Positions 63,762-64,000 of a stretch of DNA of 64,000 nucleotides are shown here, piece after piece. Position 1 is the stretch's first letter, and the number at the start of each line of letters is the position of its first letter. The stretch covers positions 34,234,304 to 34,298,303 of the forward strand of contig NC_092671.1 in the NCBI RefSeq assembly GCF_964355755.1, given 5' to 3'. Both the position numbers and the translations under genes were made by a program. Origin of the DNA: Antedon mediterranea (lineage: Eukaryota > Animalia > Echinodermata). Below the pieces are notes generated by a model. The model saw only the letters and a program-made list of their open reading frames with translations. It made no database searches and had not been told where the DNA came from.

Positions 63762-64000
63762 GTAAGTATAAACTTTCATTGTCTAATTGTTTACTAAATT
63801 AAAAATGCAAAATGTATTACAAAGTAAAAGTAGTATAATGAAATAAATGAATGAATCAACTTGCAAATTATGGTAAAAACAAAGCATAATAAAAACAAAA
63901 TTTCATTTAGACACTTCCTATAACTCAGGAAGTGTGTATTGCATGTACTGTATTAATCTTTCAAATAATTATAATTATAAAAATGAATTCATAATTCATA

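Overview
AT-rich, intron-containing animal DNA, probably a marine invertebrate; the abundant TAGGCCTA low-complexity tracts suggest an echinoderm, which is inference. The host content is a tandem + strand cluster of ROCO-family genes with the architecture charged helix - DED - DED - ROC GTPase - COR - Death domain. Paralog 1 (about 11475-28114) and paralog 2 (31588-40552) are both damaged, and a third paralog appears to start at 46953 and run off the window. The most unusual feature is the N-terminal charged helix. It is encoded by arrays of 12-27 nt microexons, mostly 21 nt (7 codons), all frame-preserving and all phase 2-2. Each microexon sits in a tandemly duplicated intron-exon cassette, and number and sequence differ between paralogs. 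The window opens with what looks like the terminus of a Polinton/Maverick-type element: a PC4-like ORF, a Cys/His-motif ORF, a 60-bp tandem array and an AGTAG terminus, inserted into a Gypsy RNase H region. There are three copies of one Gmr1-like (PR-INT-RT-RH order) LTR retrotransposon: two fused head-to-head and one intact with 484-bp LTRs, a tRNA-Leu PBS and an ATGAT TSD. Also present are RTE, CR1 and Rex1/Babar LINEs, non-autonomous Helitrons, DINE-like elements, SINEs and hAT/Harbinger MITEs. All exon calls are by eye from splice signals and translation, with no transcript evidence.
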